Program-made: the position numbers and the translations under genes
Notes under the pieces: generated by a model
Databases searched by the model: none
The model's input: only the letters and a program-made list of their open reading frames with translations
Told to the model about the DNA's origin: nothing
Part shown: positions 21,600-30,859 of the stretch, one piece after another
How positions within the stretch are numbered: position 1 is the first letter of the stretch
Layout of the letters: each line of letters starts with the position of its first letter
Assembly: GCA_963771075.1 (NCBI GenBank)
Contig: CAVYSE010000018.1
Coordinates: forward strand, 192,001-256,000
Direction: 5' to 3'
Origin: a candidate division FCPU426 bacterium
GTDB lineage: Bacteria > Oederibacteriota > Muellerivitia > Muellerivitales > Muellerivitaceae
Length of the DNA: 64,000 nucleotides

Positions 21600-23120
21600 A
21601 TGACCTATCGAAATGTCGTACGGCATCTGCCAACGCTGGTCTATTCATCCATCCTCCTCCTTTCGGTGAACGCCCTCCGGGCCGAAGCTCCGGCGGCTTC
21701 CGGAATGGACCTGCCGGTCATTGAAAAAAACCTCAGTAACGGCCTCAAGGTTCTGGTGGTGGAGGAACCGGGCATTCCGGTCGTCTCCTTCTCCTATATG
21801 CAGCCCGTCGGGGCCCAGGACGCCCCCAAGGGCAAAACCGGTCTTCCCCACATGCTGGAACACATGATGTTCAAGGGCACCCAGACCATCGGCTGCAAGG
21901 ATTTCTCGAAGGAAGAGCCCATCCTGGAGGCGCAGGACCAGGTGGCCCAGGCCACGAACGAAGAAAACGCCAAGCTCGATCCCGATCCCCAGAAGCTGAA
22001 AGACCTGGCGGAGAAAATGAAACAGCTCCAACTCGATGACCGGCAATGGGTGGTGAAGGACGAGCTGGATTCCATCTATACCCAAAACGGGGGCCAGAGC
22101 CTGAACGCCTGGACCAGCCAGGACGCCACCAATTACACCGTGACCCTGCCCGCCAACAAGGTGGCGCTCTATGCCGCCATCGAGCAGGACCGCCTCACCC
22201 ACCCGGTTTTCCGCGAGTTTTATTCCGAACGCGATGTGGTGGCCCAGGAAAGGCGTTGGCGCTCCGAATCCAATCCCGAGGGCAAGCTTTACGAGGCGCT
22301 GGAATCCACCGCTTTCGCCGCCAGCCCCTACAAGGACCCCTCCATCGGTTGGATGACCGATATCCACAAGCTCATGCGGCCCGACGCCGTGAACTTTTAC
22401 AAGAGCACCTACCGGCCCGACCGGGGCGTCCTGGCGGTGGTGGGCGGGGTGAAGGCGTCCGAGATCTTTCCGCTCTTTGAGAAGACCCTGGGCCAGGTGC
22501 CCAACCCGCCGGTCGCGCCCTTGACCCAGGCTTGGACCCAGGAGCCCCCCCAGGCGGGCCCCAAGTCGGTCCGGGTCCGATTTGACGCCGACCCGATGGC
22601 GATCCTGGCCTGGCATATCCCCAATTTCCCCCATAAAGATTCGGTGACCCTGGACGTGCTTTGCGACATCCTCACCAGCGGCAATACATCCCGGTTGGTC
22701 AAAAACCTGGTCCTGGAAAAGAAAATGGCGACCTCCATCAGCGCTTCCACCGGGTTTCCGGGCGACCGGAACCCCGATTTGATGGTGATGCAGTTCGACC
22801 CGGCCGCCGGGCAAAAGAATGAAAAGATCATCGCGGCCATCGAGGCCGAGATCGCCTCCATCCGAAAGAAGGGTGTGACCCAGGAGGAATTGGACCGGGC
22901 GCGCCGAGGCGCCGAATCCTCCTACCTTTGGGGCAAAACCAGTCCCTCGGGCCTCGCGACCGACCTGGCCTACAACCAGGCGGTGCATGGGGATTGGCGT
23001 TATTTGAAAACCTACATTGAGATGGTGAGGGCCACGACCTCCGAGGATATCAAGCAGGCCGCGGGGAAATACCTGGTGGAAACCAACCGCACCACCGCCA
23101 CCCTGGAAAGGGGGAAGTAA
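21600..23120 (+). CDS. M16 zinc metallopeptidase, catalytic subunit
   Basis: HMLEH (HxxEH), NAWTSQDATNY, ERDVVAQERR. Confidence 0.93.
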   Translation: MTYRNVVRHLPTLVYSSILLLSVNALRAEAPAASGMDLPVIEKNLSNGLKVLVVEEPGIPVVSFSYMQPVGAQDAPKGKTGLPHMLEHMMFKGTQTIGCKDFSKEEPILEAQDQVAQATNEENAKLDPDPQKLKDLAEKMKQLQLDDRQWVVKDELDSIYTQNGGQSLNAWTSQDATNYTVTLPANKVALYAAIEQDRLTHPVFREFYSERDVVAQERRWRSESNPEGKLYEALESTAFAASPYKDPSIGWMTDIHKLMRPDAVNFYKSTYRPDRGVLAVVGGVKASEIFPLFEKTLGQVPNPPVAPLTQAWTQEPPQAGPKSVRVRFDADPMAILAWHIPNFPHKDSVTLDVLCDILTSGNTSRLVKNLVLEKKMATSISASTGFPGDRNPDLMVMQFDPAAGQKNEKIIAAIEAEIASIRKKGVTQEELDRARRGAESSYLWGKTSPSGLATDLAYNQAVHGDWRYLKTYIEMVRATTSEDIKQAAGKYLVETNRTTATLERGK

Positions 23121-24664
23121 TGAAAACCATTATTAAAAAAATTAACCCACAGCCAACGCAAAGCCGCAAAGCCGCAAAGAACGGCCTTTTATTACTCGAA
23201 GTATTCAATTCTCGTAACGTCTTTACGGCTTTCACCCTTAACAGAGGTGTTCGTCCTTCTTGGCGTCTTGGCGTCTTTGCGTTGGGATTTGTGGTTTCGT
23301 CTTTCGCCTTTGCCAATCCGCCCCAGTTTCCGCCCGAGAACCCGTTGGAAATTCAAGTTCCGGCCTTCTCCTTTAAAACCCTTTCCTGTGGGATCAAGGT
23401 CCTCTATTTGCATGACGACCGGCTTCCGATCGTCTCCGGGTCCCTGCGTATTCCCGGGGGGAACGTCACCGACCCGAACGGAAAAGAAGGGCTGTCTTCC
23501 TTCACGGCTTCCTTGCTTCGAAACGGCGGCGCGGGAAAGTTGAAACCGGGGGCCTTTGACACGGCCCTGGAAAACAAGGCGATTTCCCTGGGTTGTTCCA
23601 GCGAGCAGGAGGATTTCAACGCGACCTTCTCCTGCCTGTCGGAGGACCTGGAAGCGGCCTTGGGATACTACGCGGATATGCTTCGTCGGCCGGGTTTCGA
23701 CGCCAAGCGGCTGGCCGCCGAAAAGCTGGACCAGGCGGAAGCCAACCAACGCGTCGAGGACACGCCGGACGCCATCACGAGGGTGCTTTTCACCAAGAGC
23801 CTCTTCGGCCATTCCGCCTATGGGCGGTGGGGAAGCCCCGCGACGGTCAAGCGCTTCACGGCCCAGGACGTGAAAAGTTTTTACAAGACCCATTTTGGGC
23901 CCGAGGGGGCCTTGCTGGTGGTGACGGGGAAGTTCTCGGAAGAGGAGGTTTCGGCCCGGCTGGAAAAATTGTTCGAGGGATGGAAGGCCCAGCTAAAGCC
24001 CGCGGCCTTCACGGACGCCCAGCCCCTGGGCCCGGCGATCTATTTCTTCCCCAAGGACGTCACCCAGGTTTTCATCCGGTTTGGCCTGCCGGGCTTGAAA
24101 CGCCACGACCCGAACGACATCCCCCTGCAGGTGGCCAACTACGTGCTGGGCGGCTCCGGTTTTACCTCCCGGCTCATGCGGGAAATACGTTCCAACCGGG
24201 GGTTGGCCTATTTTGTGGACAGTTACTTCCTGCCCTATAACATCCGGGGTCCCTTCCAGGTGGTGGGTGGAACCCGGCCGGACTCCGTCAAGGAATACCT
24301 GACCCTCATGTTCGGCCAATTGGCCCAATACGCCAAGGAGGGCCCGACGGATGCCGAAATGGCCGCGGCCCAAAAGGGGATGATCGCGGAATACGCCTAT
24401 AACTTCGAATCCTCTTTCACGCTGGCCAATTACGAGGGCTCCCTGGCCTTCAACGGATATCCGGATGATTACCTCGCCACCTACCGGGACCAGGTCGGCG
24501 CGGTCACAAAAGAGCAGGCTGCCGCGGCGGTTCGCCAGATCCTGGACCAGAAAAATTGGGTGCTGGCGGTTTGCGGGCCGGCCGGGTTGGAGAAAGACCT
24601 GGCAGGGTTTGGGAAGGTCGTGACGGTGAAGAGCGTTTTCGATCCGCTTCCCAAGATGGAATAG
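23120..24664 (+). CDS. M16 peptidase, non-catalytic subunit
   Basis: No HxxEH; LGGSGFTSRLMREIRSNRGLAY motif; overlaps stop codon of the catalytic subunit. Confidence 0.9.
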   Translation: MKTIIKKINPQPTQSRKAAKNGLLLLEVFNSRNVFTAFTLNRGVRPSWRLGVFALGFVVSSFAFANPPQFPPENPLEIQVPAFSFKTLSCGIKVLYLHDDRLPIVSGSLRIPGGNVTDPNGKEGLSSFTASLLRNGGAGKLKPGAFDTALENKAISLGCSSEQEDFNATFSCLSEDLEAALGYYADMLRRPGFDAKRLAAEKLDQAEANQRVEDTPDAITRVLFTKSLFGHSAYGRWGSPATVKRFTAQDVKSFYKTHFGPEGALLVVTGKFSEEEVSARLEKLFEGWKAQLKPAAFTDAQPLGPAIYFFPKDVTQVFIRFGLPGLKRHDPNDIPLQVANYVLGGSGFTSRLMREIRSNRGLAYFVDSYFLPYNIRGPFQVVGGTRPDSVKEYLTLMFGQLAQYAKEGPTDAEMAAAQKGMIAEYAYNFESSFTLANYEGSLAFNGYPDDYLATYRDQVGAVTKEQAAAAVRQILDQKNWVLAVCGPAGLEKDLAGFGKVVTVKSVFDPLPKME

Positions 24665-24675
24665 GGAGTTTTAGG

Positions 24676-24969
24676 TTATTGAGTTCGTGAGGCGGTCCCG
24701 GCGGGAACCGCGACAGGCGCTGCCTTGGGTTTGGACTTGTGCTTGTGGGTCGCTTGGGTTCCCGGGCAAGGGATGGGGGTTCCTTGGGCGTTCAGGCAAA
24801 GGGGTTGTCCATTGGGGCCGGAACCCGGGATGATCGTGTAATCCACATGCCCAAATTGGGGCGTGGAGGTGGGAACCGGAACGGCGGTTGAATTCGGCGC
24901 GGGATCGGCCCATATACTTCCAATGACCATCCCTAAAATGGATAAAACCAAAAATAGTTGAAGTTTCAT
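24676..24969 (-). CDS. Small secreted hypothetical protein
   Basis: AAGGAG RBS; signal peptide MKLQLFLVLSILG...IWA; two Cys. Confidence 0.6.
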   Translation of the reverse strand: MKLQLFLVLSILGMVIGSIWADPAPNSTAVPVPTSTPQFGHVDYTIIPGSGPNGQPLCLNAQGTPIPCPGTQATHKHKSKPKAAPVAVPAGTASRTQ

Positions 24970-25088
24970 CGTCCATCTCCTTTTCGTGTCGAAGGGGTCA
25001 TTAAAGCCCTGCCCCAACCGCACCATTTTGACACCAATCGCCGCAAAGAGAGAAGCATCGTTCGAAAAAACACGGGCGAATTCTTTGA

Positions 25089-25117
25089 TTGATAGTTGGT
25101 GGGGTTTTCCCTAAAAT
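25089..25117 (+). promoter_or_regulatory. Sigma70-like promoter of tRNA-Glu
   Basis: TTGATA-17 bp-TAAAAT, 25 bp upstream of the tRNA. Confidence 0.6.
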
Positions 25118-25142
25118 TCAGCCCTCTTATGGCTTTTGACGG

Positions 25143-25217
25143 GGCCCCATCGTCTAACGGTTAGGACGGATGGTTCTCAGCCATTAAATCGGGGTTCGAT
25201 TCCCCGTGGGGCTACCA
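25143..25217 (+). tRNA. tRNA-Glu (anticodon CTC)
   Basis: Acceptor GGCCCCA/TGGGGCT, anticodon arm GATGG-TTCTCAG-CCATT, GGTTCGATTCC T arm, encoded CCA. Confidence 0.96.
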
Positions 25218-25649
25218 AAACAAATAACCCGGGTTCATGAAAATGAATCCGGGTTTTCTTTTTGTGGGACCCCACGGGGCCGAAGGGTGCGGGAAACAGA
25301 TGTTTCCCGGTCGTTGGATGGGGTATATAGCGGGTCATTTCCCCTATAAACGGTGCTACCCCGGGGTGGCTACCAAAAAATGAACCCAGGTTCGCAAGAA
25401 CCTGGGTTTTCTTATTTTTGCCCCACGGGGTGGGACGCCGGGGCCACTATGCCCCGGCACAGACAAGATTAGGCCGAGACTTGCGGTCTCGTCCTAGTCG
25501 AAAGCTTGAAAACGGGAGTTTTCCTCTCTAGATAATCTTTTTCTGAAGGGTACATAGGGGTTCTACCCTATGGGCGGTAGCCAAGAGGGATGGGGGGAGA
25601 TAGCGGGGGTTTTTCCCCTGTGAGCGGTGTTACCCTGGGGTGGCTACCA
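25218..25649 (+). repeat. Tandem units each ending in a copy of the tRNA 3' end (GGCTACCA), with terminator-like hairpins
   Basis: ~60-bp near-identical segments at 25316-25375 and 25588-25649; similar hairpins follow 25217 and 25375. Confidence 0.75.
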
Positions 25650-25687
25650 TATTTGTTTTTTCACCCTCAGAAGTGCTCAAAAGCTCG

Positions 25688-25993
25688 ATGAACAAAGTCG
25701 TTTCGGCGGTTCCAAATTCTCCATCCGAAAATTCATTTCCTCCGGGGAACAGTTACCATCCCTTGAAAAAATACCGCATCCCCCTCACCAATAGCATACT
25801 TTCCGATAAGGAGATTTGGGGCGACCGAGGCAACCAACCCATAATGCTTCGCCCTAACGACATGCCCCTCTACGGTCTGCCTGTTGCTACCATTTACGAC
25901 ATGATTTATAGGGCATCTGAGACACAAGACCCGATCCCTTTTATAAAACTAGGTCGCAAAACCCTTATGGCGATTGGAGAAGATGGTCCTTAA
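25688..25993 (+). pseudogene. Excisionase-like HTH protein, probably C-terminally truncated
   Basis: YGLPVATIYDMIY...IPFIKLGRKTL resembles the HTH_17/excisionase signature; ends just before a CTGACCCC junction. Confidence 0.5.
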
Positions 25994-26016
25994 GTGTCAA
26001 GTGTTGTCCTGACCCC

Positions 26017-26225
26017 ATTTTCGTAACCTGGACGATGCCTTTCCCCATGCCTTGCGGCTTGTCGTCTCGGAAACCGTGCCCCATTCCCGGCGGATGATCC
26101 GCTACCTGCAAGCCTGGGTCCGGGAGAAAGACCTTTCTTGGTGGTTTGTGAGTGATTTTCAGAAGCTGACGACCCGGCCTTTCGAAGACTGCTGGTATCA
26201 AATCAACCATCCCTTGGTGCAATAG
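26017..26225 (+). pseudogene. C-terminal gene fragment
   Basis: Open frame FRNLDDAFPHALRLVVSETVPHSRRMIRYLQAW...HPLVQ* begins right after CTGACCCC. Confidence 0.35.
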
Positions 26226-26768
26226 GGGGTTCCTGGCCGTGGAAAAAATGTCCTACGGTCTTTCATTCGGACGGAACTACAAATTTTAATCTTTCGGCTT
26301 TTTTGGAGGTGTTTTCCCATGTTCCGATGGCGAGCCCCCCTATCTATGCATCAAGTACGGATGCAAGAAACGATAGGGGGGCTCGCCCTCTCCACACGGG
26401 AAAACTAGGAGAAGTTATTTTTTAAAAAAAGGATGAGACAAATTCAAATTAAAATCAAATACAAGAGCAAGGCAAAACAAACCGGAGCAGTATTCAGAGG
26501 GGGTAGGTTGGAATGGAAGTGGTGGGGTAGTTGGTGGTAGGTGGTTAGAAGAAGGACTGGTAATGAAAGTAATAGGCAAGGGTAGGTTGTTGGTAATAGC
26601 TGATTAAACAGGGGGTTAATCCTTCCTTGTAGCGTGAGTTTTGTATATGGAGGGTCGGTTTTTGGGGAATCATTTGAGGAAGTATAAAATCTCGGTTGTT
26701 TTGTATGGCTGCCAAAGGATAATAGACACATCAACTTCAGCGCATGAACCCAGTCGGAAGGTTTGGAA

Positions 26769-27089
26769 ATGACACAAGATCAGCTATTACCTGAAATGGT
26801 AAAGCGCATTAGGCAAGAAGTGGAACCTTTGCGGGTTCTTCTTTTCGGAAGCCGCGCCCGTGGTGGAAATCGCCCGAACAGTGATTTTGACTTATTAGTT
26901 ATCGCGCCCTCCAACCTGCCCAGGTGGAAAAGGACCGTGGGGCTTTACCAAAAGCTTTCCGGTTTGGGAGTCGCCAAAGACATTGTTTGGTGGACCCCGG
27001 AAGAAATCGAGGAATGGAAGGGCGTTAAAAGCCACTTCATCACGACGGCCATGCGGGAGGGTCAGGTCCTTTATGAAAAACCCGCATGA
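26769..27089 (+). CDS. Minimal nucleotidyltransferase (MNT) antitoxin
   Basis: LFGSRARG...SDFDLLVI motif. Confidence 0.92.
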   Translation: MTQDQLLPEMVKRIRQEVEPLRVLLFGSRARGGNRPNSDFDLLVIAPSNLPRWKRTVGLYQKLSGLGVAKDIVWWTPEEIEEWKGVKSHFITTAMREGQVLYEKPA

Positions 27090-27459
27090 TCATTCCCGGG
27101 GACTTCTGCTAAAGGCTTCAAACGATTTATATTCTGCGGAAGATATTCTTACCGGCGGTCGTGCCTTTGACATGGCCTGTTTTCATGCCCAACAAGCCGT
27201 TGAAAAATGCCTTAAAGCTTTATTGGCGTCCGCTGATGAGGAATATCCCCTGCGCCATGACCTAGGGGAATTATTGGAGCATGTTAAGACCCGGTTCCCT
27301 GATCTGGATTTACCCTTAGAGGAGATTATGAGACTTGCCCCCTATGCCGTTGAGGTCCGTTATGACGATGAGTTTTATCCGAACCGAGAAGATGCACAAA
27401 AGGCGATTGAAACGGCCCGGTTGATAAATGAAAAGGTAACAGCGCATTTGAAACAGTAA
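27073..27459 (+). CDS. HEPN domain protein (MNT partner)
   Basis: ACFHAQQAVEKCLKALL, RHDL, YAVEVRY; overlaps MNT. Confidence 0.92.
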   Translation: MKNPHDHSRGLLLKASNDLYSAEDILTGGRAFDMACFHAQQAVEKCLKALLASADEEYPLRHDLGELLEHVKTRFPDLDLPLEEIMRLAPYAVEVRYDDEFYPNREDAQKAIETARLINEKVTAHLKQ

Positions 27460-27476
27460 ATTTTAAAAGGACTTTT

Positions 27477-27806
27477 ATGGCACTTATTCAATGCCCAGAA
27501 TGTAAGACAGATATTTCAGATAAAGCCGCTAGTTGCCCTAAATGTGGGAATCCCATGATAGTTTCAAAGGCATCGGAAAATTCCGATAAACCTGATGGGA
27601 ATTTACCGAGAAAATATGCAAATGTGGGTTTTATTTTAGGAATAATACTTTGGTGGGGTGGGTGTGCACAATTTCGAATCGATTTTGAATTTAATGATTT
27701 ACCTACTTTAATATTTTATGCTCTTTTAAGTGGTGCTGCTTTTTCTGCCTTTGGGTATTTAATGGGAGTGGCCAGCTCAAAAAACGTTAAAAGCTTTAAA
27801 AAATGA
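27477..27806 (+). CDS. Zinc-ribbon membrane protein
   Basis: MALIQCPEC...SDKAASCPKCG plus two TM helices. Confidence 0.85.
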   Translation: MALIQCPECKTDISDKAASCPKCGNPMIVSKASENSDKPDGNLPRKYANVGFILGIILWWGGCAQFRIDFEFNDLPTLIFYALLSGAAFSAFGYLMGVASSKNVKSFKK

Positions 27807-28435
27807 ACAAATCACTATTTTTATTACTCGGTTTCCTTTTTCTTGTTCCGCTACTTGGGTTTACTCAAGACGTTTCCTCAGTTATGTCATCCTTAAAAAT
27901 CAAAAACAATGATGATCTTAAGAATTCATTGGCAGACATGAATGCTGGCTTGAACTTATATTTTCAAGAAGATTATAAAAATTCCGCGATTATTTTTAAA
28001 AGGGTTGAGGAACAAGGAGAAGGAAGATCCCCTAAATGGTCGATTGAAAATGGAGTTGTAGGAACTTTTGCGGGTTATGTATGGATCAGCTGTATTAATA
28101 AAATTTTAGATAAAGAGAGCGTTAATGAATTGGTTAGTGATGGAGTAATGATTGATTTTATTAAAACCCAGTTGGACCTTTATGGTCAAAGCGGGACGGG
28201 TGCAAGGGCATGTTTAACATCATATCAATCAAGCGAAGCAAATGAAGGACTCAATCAGACTTCTTTGGGTAACATACACGATGGTGATTTTGCTGTATTT
28301 GAAGAAGTAACAAATAACAGTAATAAGTATATGTGCGAACTTGAGTATGGTTCTGATGGTTCGATCCATGTAAAAGCTTGGAAACGTCCAGGGTTGTTGC
28401 AAAAGCTTTGGCAGAAAATATCTGGTGGGAATTAA
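27803..28435 (+). CDS. Hypothetical secreted protein
   Basis: 210 aa, signal peptide, ATGA overlap with upstream gene. Confidence 0.7.
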   Translation: MNKSLFLLLGFLFLVPLLGFTQDVSSVMSSLKIKNNDDLKNSLADMNAGLNLYFQEDYKNSAIIFKRVEEQGEGRSPKWSIENGVVGTFAGYVWISCINKILDKESVNELVSDGVMIDFIKTQLDLYGQSGTGARACLTSYQSSEANEGLNQTSLGNIHDGDFAVFEEVTNNSNKYMCELEYGSDGSIHVKAWKRPGLLQKLWQKISGGN

Positions 28436-28441
28436 CATTTT

Positions 28442-29047
28442 TTGACTGGGGTTGAATTGAAAAAACCTATCTTGTTGGAAAACAGCCGTCTCCGAAAATC
28501 GATTAAAACGGCTCGGAAAAACTGGAAAAATTGGAAAGATGTGTATGAACACCATGGCCCAAGATATAAAAATCCTCTACTTATTTGTCCAAATAGGTTT
28601 AGAGAATTTTGCAAAGAATATTCTGTTATTCGGACAATACAAAAAGGAAATGTTGAGGGATTACGAAAACGGCTGGCCAAAATAAACTCATTTGAGTTGG
28701 CCATTAAGGACAACACGGGCAAAACATTTGATAGATTCGAAAAGCGGTTGAGGCCGAAATTTGGAATTCATCACAAGAATAGGTTGACTTCGGTATTGTC
28801 GAAGGTTGCAGCTTTCTTAAAACCACAAGTATTTGTTGCCTGGGATCAGTACGCCAAGATAGGAGTAAAAAAGGTTCTTAGTCAAAAAAGCGCTATCCAA
28901 GTAGACACTTACGAGAATTACATTGGGGCTTTTGAAATGGCCTGGAAACAACATAAACCTGATGCGCCAACAGTAATAAAAGGGGTCAGTCATCAATTAT
29001 TAATATTTACAAGTTGGAGGCAATCGGTTAGCTTGTCGGGGCTATGA
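28442..29047 (+). CDS. Hypothetical protein, 3' end probably replaced by the transposase element
   Basis: SVLSKVAAFLKPQVFVAWDQYA; last ~21 codons read through the left inverted repeat. Confidence 0.55.
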   Translation: MTGVELKKPILLENSRLRKSIKTARKNWKNWKDVYEHHGPRYKNPLLICPNRFREFCKEYSVIRTIQKGNVEGLRKRLAKINSFELAIKDNTGKTFDRFEKRLRPKFGIHHKNRLTSVLSKVAAFLKPQVFVAWDQYAKIGVKKVLSQKSAIQVDTYENYIGAFEMAWKQHKPDAPTVIKGVSHQLLIFTSWRQSVSLSGL

Positions 29048-30003
29048 GAAAACCTAGACTTCTTTATCTCGGCGGCTTGTACCACGTGATTGCCAGGGGA
29101 AATCAAAGGCAAAAAACATTTTTGGCCAAGGTTGATTTTCTTAAATATCTGGAACTATTAGGCGAGCATTTGGAAACGCGTGAAATAAGGCTTTATGCCT
29201 ATTGCCTGATGCCCAACCATGTTCATCTGTTGGTAGAACAAGCCGGTGATTATCCCTTGTCCCGGTATATGCATCGGCTCCAAACGGCTTATACCCAATT
29301 CTTCAACCGGACCCATAAGAAAGTAGGCCATCTTTTTCAGGGTCGGTATAAGGCCATATTGGTGGACAAGGATTCATATCTGTTGGAATTGGTTCGATAC
29401 ATTGGGTTGAATCCGTTCAGGGCGAAATTGGAGGAAAAGCCGGGAATATATCCCTGGACCAGCCACCAACAATATTTGGGCCGAGAGAATAAGCCATTGG
29501 CGAAAGTGGAAGTTGAACCAGTTTTGGCTCTTTTCAGCAAAATGAAGAAAGAAGCCCAAAAGGCCTATTTGAGGTTCGTCAAGGAAGGCATGGGGGAAGG
29601 CCATCGGGAGGATTTGTATGATGTCCGGCAGGGACATATTTTGGGGGACCAGGAATTCGAACAAAAAGCGCATCAAAAGGCCCAACGTCCGCTGTCAGGT
29701 GCGAGTTTGAAGGTGAAGAAAACATTACCTGAAATATGGAAAGTACTTTTGAAACGGGAAGGGCATAGTGAAGATCCGACAGGCCATCGCCGAAGCCGTT
29801 TAATGGAAGAAGCGGCCTATCTAGCGTTTGAGGGTTGTGGGATAAGCCAAAGAGAGATAGGGGTATATTTTGGGAAAAATCAAAGCGCAGTCAGCCAGGC
29901 CATTAGGCGTTTGGAGATGAAGTGGAAAGAACAGCCCGGGGAAAAGGAGAAGTGGTTTCGATGGGCGCGACATTTAGAATATTAATATATGATGACTGAC
30001 CCC
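28982..30003 (+). mobile_element. HUH (RAYT/Y1-like) transposase unit bounded by 26-bp GGGGTCAG inverted repeats
   Basis: 28982-29007 and 29978-30003 match at 24/26 as inverted repeats. Confidence 0.8.
29044..29985 (+). CDS. Y1/RAYT-like HUH transposase with C-terminal HTH
   Basis: YHVIARGN, YCLMPNHVHLL, GHLFQGRYKAIL, YPWTS; C-terminal SQREIG...SAVSQAI HTH. Confidence 0.9.
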   Translation: MRKPRLLYLGGLYHVIARGNQRQKTFLAKVDFLKYLELLGEHLETREIRLYAYCLMPNHVHLLVEQAGDYPLSRYMHRLQTAYTQFFNRTHKKVGHLFQGRYKAILVDKDSYLLELVRYIGLNPFRAKLEEKPGIYPWTSHQQYLGRENKPLAKVEVEPVLALFSKMKKEAQKAYLRFVKEGMGEGHREDLYDVRQGHILGDQEFEQKAHQKAQRPLSGASLKVKKTLPEIWKVLLKREGHSEDPTGHRRSRLMEEAAYLAFEGCGISQREIGVYFGKNQSAVSQAIRRLEMKWKEQPGEKEKWFRWARHLEY

Positions 30004-30270
30004 GTTCACCCGTTCATGTGGAGATCATTTCGGATAAATCTCAAATACGGGTGGCTTCTTGTGAGCCGTCCGATGGTTACTTGAAGTTTTATCCACCGAT
30101 TGAATATTTCGACATTAAGGCAAGGGTAACCAAGAAGAATAAGAAGTCTTAATTCTTCTTTTGGGGGGAAGGTCTTCCCCCTGGCCTCCGCTACCTTCGG
30201 TGATCCTCGGCACACCCCTTTCGCCTGGGGCTTTGCCCCAAACCCCTAAATTAAGTTAGGAATAATTAAC

Positions 30271-30819
30271 ATGAACGCATTTGAACAGATCGTATCCGAC
30301 ATCATGCAAAGAAAGGGTTACTGGACTCGAATCGGGTACAAGATTGAACTCAAGAAAGAAGAAAAGGTGGCAATAGGAACCCCGTCTATGCCCGACCTTG
30401 AAATAGATGTGTTGGCCTATAAGGCCAAGACAAATGAACTAATATGGATTGAGTGCAAATCTTATCTAGATTCAACGGGGGTTCGTTTCGAGGACTTGCT
30501 ACCAGATGGCAAAAACGCATCGAGGTATAAAATATTCACGGATAAAAACCGTAGAGAAATTGCCTCGGATGCTCTTAAAACGCAGTTGGTGAATGAAGGA
30601 TTCGCGAATCCAAATCTTACGGTGAAACACTGGCTTGTAGCTGGAAAAGTGGTTTCCAAAGACCAAGAAAAACTAGAAAAGCATTTTGTTGATCAAGGTT
30701 GGGAGTTGAAAAATCATGAATGGCTATTAACGGAATTAAAGGAAATATCGAAGGGCAGTTGGGACGACAATGTTGCTTCAACCGTGGCAAAGCTTTTTTA
30801 TCGAAATCAGAAAGAATGA
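30271..30819 (+). CDS. PD-(D/E)XK restriction-endonuclease-like protein
   Basis: N-terminal FE, EIDVLAY, IECKSY. Confidence 0.7.
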   Translation: MNAFEQIVSDIMQRKGYWTRIGYKIELKKEEKVAIGTPSMPDLEIDVLAYKAKTNELIWIECKSYLDSTGVRFEDLLPDGKNASRYKIFTDKNRREIASDALKTQLVNEGFANPNLTVKHWLVAGKVVSKDQEKLEKHFVDQGWELKNHEWLLTELKEISKGSWDDNVASTVAKLFYRNQKE

Positions 30820-30859
30820 AAACAGGAAACCTTTGAAACTGAAAATTAGGAAAAAATAA

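Noticed and set aside
14448..22988. Long minus-strand ORFs (480, 443, 447 aa)
   Set aside because: They overlap well-supported plus-strand genes and are typical high-GC antisense frames with no motifs
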